The translations under genes were made by a program, and so were the position numbers. DNA of 64,000 nucleotides from NCBI GenBank assembly GCA_024137785.1, contig JAHRHZ010000025.1, positions 22,986,219-23,050,218 of the forward strand. The letters are read 5' to 3'. The DNA comes from Ginglymostoma cirratum (taxonomy: Eukaryota). Shown piece after piece: positions 60,086 through 64,000 of the stretch. The notes under the pieces are model-generated. The model had not been told where the DNA came from. It did not search any database and saw only the letters and a program-made list of their open reading frames with translations. Within the stretch, counting starts at the first letter, position 1. Each line of letters opens with the position of its first letter.

Positions 60086-60654
60086 ATTCAGGAGCTGAAA
60101 TCTCATGCACTGCTGCTGAACTCATCCAAGTCAAGTTGGGTCATTCGAGGGAACATGGTGCAGCAGAAAAATGCTCCAGGGGAAAATCAGGTGGTGCCAG
60201 CTCCCGTTGTTGTGAACATGGTGCCCAACAGTAGCATGAGATTGGCAGCAATTGGGAGATTACTGTGATCCAAGAATGAACAAGATTGCATTTAGATATT
60301 AATGCATTGAGGTTTGTACTGGAAAATTACAATGTTATCCTAAATTTTCATTGAAACTTGTATGTGAGGAAAATACCTGGAATCCTATGTACTGTTACTA
60401 AAAAAAAAAGATTTTATTTTGTTCTTGAATCACAGTAACTAGTAACTGGGCCAGAGTTTCTTTTGATGTTGCTGATGAGCCAGCTCCCAAGGAATTCTTC
60501 TGCTTTCTAAAAGCTAGAGCAACCAAATAGGAATTGTTCTGGACAGCAAGGCAATTTGGAAGACTAGATGTCTTTATTTTCAGGATGATGTTGAATTCAA
60601 GAAATATCACAGTGTCTTTATTATGCAAGTCTTTGAGCCTTAAGCCCTACTTCT

Positions 60655-61200
60655 ATAGTGGGGGAAATTTAAACAGCAAGATTGGTGGATATGGGCTGTT
60701 TTCCCATCTCTGCCTCAGCAAGGTCCATGGTAGGAAAGCCTGTAACCAGCCCTCCCTCCCCACTCTCAACTCTGATTCTTAAGAAGGCAATTTTGCCCAC
60801 TTACAGGCCTCATTCCCCCCACTGCGGATATTCACCTAATGGTGGGCAGGGTCTCACCATGACGGGAGCTCAAACAGCAAACTAATGGACCCGTCATTAG
60901 GAAAGGTAGGAAACTGCTAAGGCCAACCACTGTCCTTTCTGCTGATTCCCTTTCCCCTCCAACATAACCCCAACTCAGCAATGTCTATCCTGCCAACATC
61001 TATTGTGGCCTGAGGAGCTGGGTCTTGGGGAGGGTGTAGTACCTGCAGTTGCCACCAGCTCCTCGCTGGCACAATCTAGCAATGAAGATTTGCTGGCCTC
61101 AGATTAGTCTGGAGCTCTCAGCTGGCAGGATTTCCATCCTGCTGGGTCCTCTATCCCAGAAACGGCCCGCCATTTCCAAATGAAGTTCCTGATCGGCAGG
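60655..61200. repeat. Ancient non-autonomous dispersed repeat (same family as 6330-6800 and 26815-27250)
   Basis: Shared motif GCTGGCCTCAGATTAGTCTGGAGCTCTCAGCTGGCAGGATTTCCATCC. Begins GGGGGAAATTT. Confidence 0.5.
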
Positions 61201-62064
61201 GAATGCAGTGAACATTTCCGAGAAAAGCTGAGTGAGGCTTTTGTTGTCTACATTAAATTCCACTCTGTGTAGCATGTCAACAAGCAAAAGGAAAGACAAT
61301 GATGTGCTTTCAGCTCAAAATAACTCATCGGCTAAAAATGAACAATGATTTTCTACATATTATTCAAGTAGTTTTAATGGCAGAAAATAAGCATGATCAC
61401 TAAACTCAAAACCTGAAACTTTTGATCCCTTCAGTAGAAATTAGGGAAGGGAAAGTGATACAGGATATATGTAGCCATGAGCACTGATGCCTGGTCCCAG
61501 AAGAAAAAGGTGACATGTTTGACTCCCAGCTCCCTAGACTGGATTGTATTGTATAAACAAGCACTGGAGACAGAGGAGGCATGCTGCAAGAATGAAGGGG
61601 GAATGTCTATGGAAGGAAGGGAGGCGGGGTGGAATCAAAAGCAGACTCTATGTTGAACTATCTTGTCCCTCCTGGCAGTTGACCAGAGCATTACTATCAA
61701 TGAGCTGATGCAGACAGGCATGAGCCAAACAGGTGATATGGGAGCACAATGGAACATAGGAAGAACATCAAGGGAAAATTCACTTTCCTATCAGATCTTT
61801 ACCTCTTCTTTTGCTGCCAGAACCTTTTGACTACTGATTTGGAATCTGACTTCTTCCTCTGTTCTAGAGCATGAATTTCCAGTCAAAAGAAGAGTATTTA
61901 TAAGTGTGTGAATATTGAGTGTTGTTGATAGAGCATTTTGACGTTTTGTACTTAGTTTGACGGCAGTAACAAAGTCTTTAGATGCATGTGTGTATCTCAA
62001 GTGTAGAGAAAAGAGACATCTGTTTGTCAAAGATATTTCTTTTCCAAAGGGTTTCATTCACACA

Positions 62065-62370
62065 ATAGGTCTTTTTCCCAAGGTGGGGGATGCAAAACAA
62101 GAGAGCATACCTTCAAGGTGATCGGGGAAAGATTTAAAAAGGATCTAATGGGCAACTTTTTCAGCAGAGGGAATGAGCTGCCAGGGGAAGTGGTGGAGGC
62201 TGGTACAATTACAACATTTGAAAGGCGTCTGGATGGGTATATGAATTGGAAGGGTTTAGAGGGATATGGACCAAATGCTGACAAATGGGGTAAGCTTTAG
62301 GATATCTGGTCAGCACGGACGAGTTGGACCAAAGGGTCTGTTTCTGTGCTGTACATTTCTCTGACTCTGT
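62065..62370 (+). mobile_element. CR1-type LINE 3' end
   Basis: KVIGERFKKDLMGNFFSR..NELPGEVVEAGTITTFERRLDGYMNWKGLEGYGPNADKW, then UTR GACGAGTTGGACCAAAGGGTCTGTTTCTGTGCTGTA. Confidence 0.92.
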
Positions 62371-63559
62371 AGGCAAGAAGCCATCAACATGTGTGTTCAG
62401 CTGTCCTGGATTCTTCCTGATCTGAACTGTACAGTTAGTGCCATATTTGTTTGGGAAAATTTAAGCATTGAGTAAACTCGTATCCTGGCTGAAAGTTATG
62501 TACTAGGATGGTGCCATATTAGGGAAGTTGGAGGTTATACCCAATACATTCCTTCACATTATTAAAATACTGGCCTTGCTAGAGAAGTCTGATAGTGAGA
62601 TCCTGTAGGAGTAATATCAGTCATTTATCCCTGAACAAATAAGGTCAATAGGTTTGAAGGGTTTGCATGGTGTGAAATGGAAGGAGGAAATTACATAGGA
62701 ATGTTTTGAAAAGACAAGCTGGAACAGGTTATTTCTTTCCCTTTAAGAGTTTTGATTTAGGGTAAGGGATCACGCCTATTTCTAAAACAATCCAGAAAGT
62801 CGTTCCACCCTGTCTTATAACAAGAATTCAGGGAGGACTGTGCACACCAAGTGATGTAATGGAGAAAAGTCAAAGATATGGAGGAAGCAGCCAAGGTGCA
62901 GTCCCTTCTCACAGTGATCACCTTTCATGAGATGAACACGAGAAGGCGTGAGTCAGTCAAAGGTCTTGAGTCCCTGTTCTGCAGTTATTTTCAAACAGAC
63001 TTTGAATTAATTGAAATCTGCTCACCTTGTTGTACATATTGATGTGATACAGTCCTGCTACAGTAGCCCTGGAGAGAGAATGCACAGCGAAAAAATAATA
63101 AATGCTTTATTAAATAAACATTCAATTTCTCAATTTGACTTACAGATTAGATTTGAGGCTGTTACATTCCCTCAAGGAATTTTATTTGCGTTTCTTTATT
63201 AAAATTTCGATTTGCTAATAACCTTTTTATCAGACTTCCTCAGGAACAACAGCTAATTATATATTGGCTAAACCAGCTACACCCAACAACTGCCTCTCCC
63301 TCCACCCCCCCCCAACCCTCAGGATGTGCAGGAGTTCAGGGGTCACTGTTCCTAAAGGTCACGTACCATTTGCTGGAAGGGTCTTCCAAAGTTTTTCTTG
63401 TGGAATACTTGCCTGCAGTCTGTTAGGAATATTGAAGCTGTTTTGGAGCAGAATATTTCATCAGGAATCTTGGAAAAGACAGAATACATGTAGTTGAACT
63501 AATAAGACATAGCTAGAGGATAAACAGCGTAAAATTATAGCCACGTTAATAAAACAGTT

Positions 63560-63825
63560 TGTTTTAAATCTTTCCTCGGCTCTTGTTGCTTATTCAAAAG
63601 CTTTTGTTACTGTGCTATGGTCTGGGTGTTATAAAGTAAGGTGAGTTATTGCACTGTGTGAATTGACGCATTGAGTTCTTATTTGTTTTTGATTTATTAA
63701 GAACTTAAAGTGCTTGTCACAGGATTTGTTAGTGTTTTAAACTTTTAATAAACGATTATTGTTTTGTCACATGCCAAACTGTATAGAGTTTCAGTTCTTC
63801 ACAAGGTTAAAACTCTAGTCACATT
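63560..63825 (+). mobile_element. Possible LTR 3' portion
   Basis: T-rich stretch with AATAAA (about 63747-63752) about 70 bp before a TCACA end. A similar layout occurs at 33040-33176. Weak support. Confidence 0.25.
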
Positions 63826-64000
63826 CATTGTGCAAAGTATGGAGCTAATTTGAATTTAGTCAAAAAAAGTTCAACTTTGGCTTTCATGGTCTATCAGTGT
63901 AATGCTTCAAATACTTGCTTAACAGTAAGTGAGTAATTAGCCATCGTCCATAAAGGACTATAGGCACATCTTGCTGTTAGAATGAGATAATTGATTTTAC

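Noticed and set aside
60047-60268. Possible terminal coding exon after the CR1 copy
   Set aside because: The apparent acceptor is supplied by antisense CR1 sequence, and the peptide is not recognisable.
1-64000. Most short ORFs in the six-frame track as protein-coding genes
   Set aside because: They are random frames or antisense/alternative frames of SINEs, LINEs and PLEs. None resembles a recognisable host protein.
1-64000. CRISPR array, operon or other prokaryotic system
   Set aside because: The sequence is vertebrate repeat-rich DNA with no regularly spaced repeat-spacer array and no dense ORFs.

Overview
This is vertebrate nuclear DNA, almost certainly from a shark or other elasmobranch, judged from HE1/V-SINEs, DeuSINE-like SINEs, CR1-type LINEs, Penelope-like elements and Harbinger relics. 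It is AT-rich, repeat-dense and mostly non-coding. I could not identify any intact host protein-coding gene, and most ORF-track entries are spurious or transposon-derived. Main content: (i) three Penelope-like retroelements (PLEs) on the minus strand, one Poseidon-type RT+GIY-YIG copy at 10.1-12.3 kb and two Neptune-type copies at 35.2-36.7 and 38.0-38.9 kb; (ii) about nine short PLE-terminal-repeat insertions, several with long target-site duplications (TSDs), most carrying a minimal hammerhead ribozyme motif (CUGANGA-stem II-GAAAC-GUH, with palindromic ACGU in place of helix III); (iii) a decayed Gypsy LTR element containing a near-perfect 149-bp inverted copy of its own LTR-flank junction; (iv) a Tx1-type LINE inside an HE1 SINE; (v) ancient PIF/Harbinger relics (Myb/SANT-like and HARBI1-like); (vi) a CpG-enriched, possibly bidirectional promoter at about 1.9-3.0 kb and several candidate conserved non-coding elements. 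The 100-N gap is flanked by a 183-bp false duplication. The best candidate 'system' is the PLE plus hammerhead mini-element family. PLE hammerheads are already known in general, so novelty is limited to the family architecture seen here. Boundaries of old repeats are approximate.
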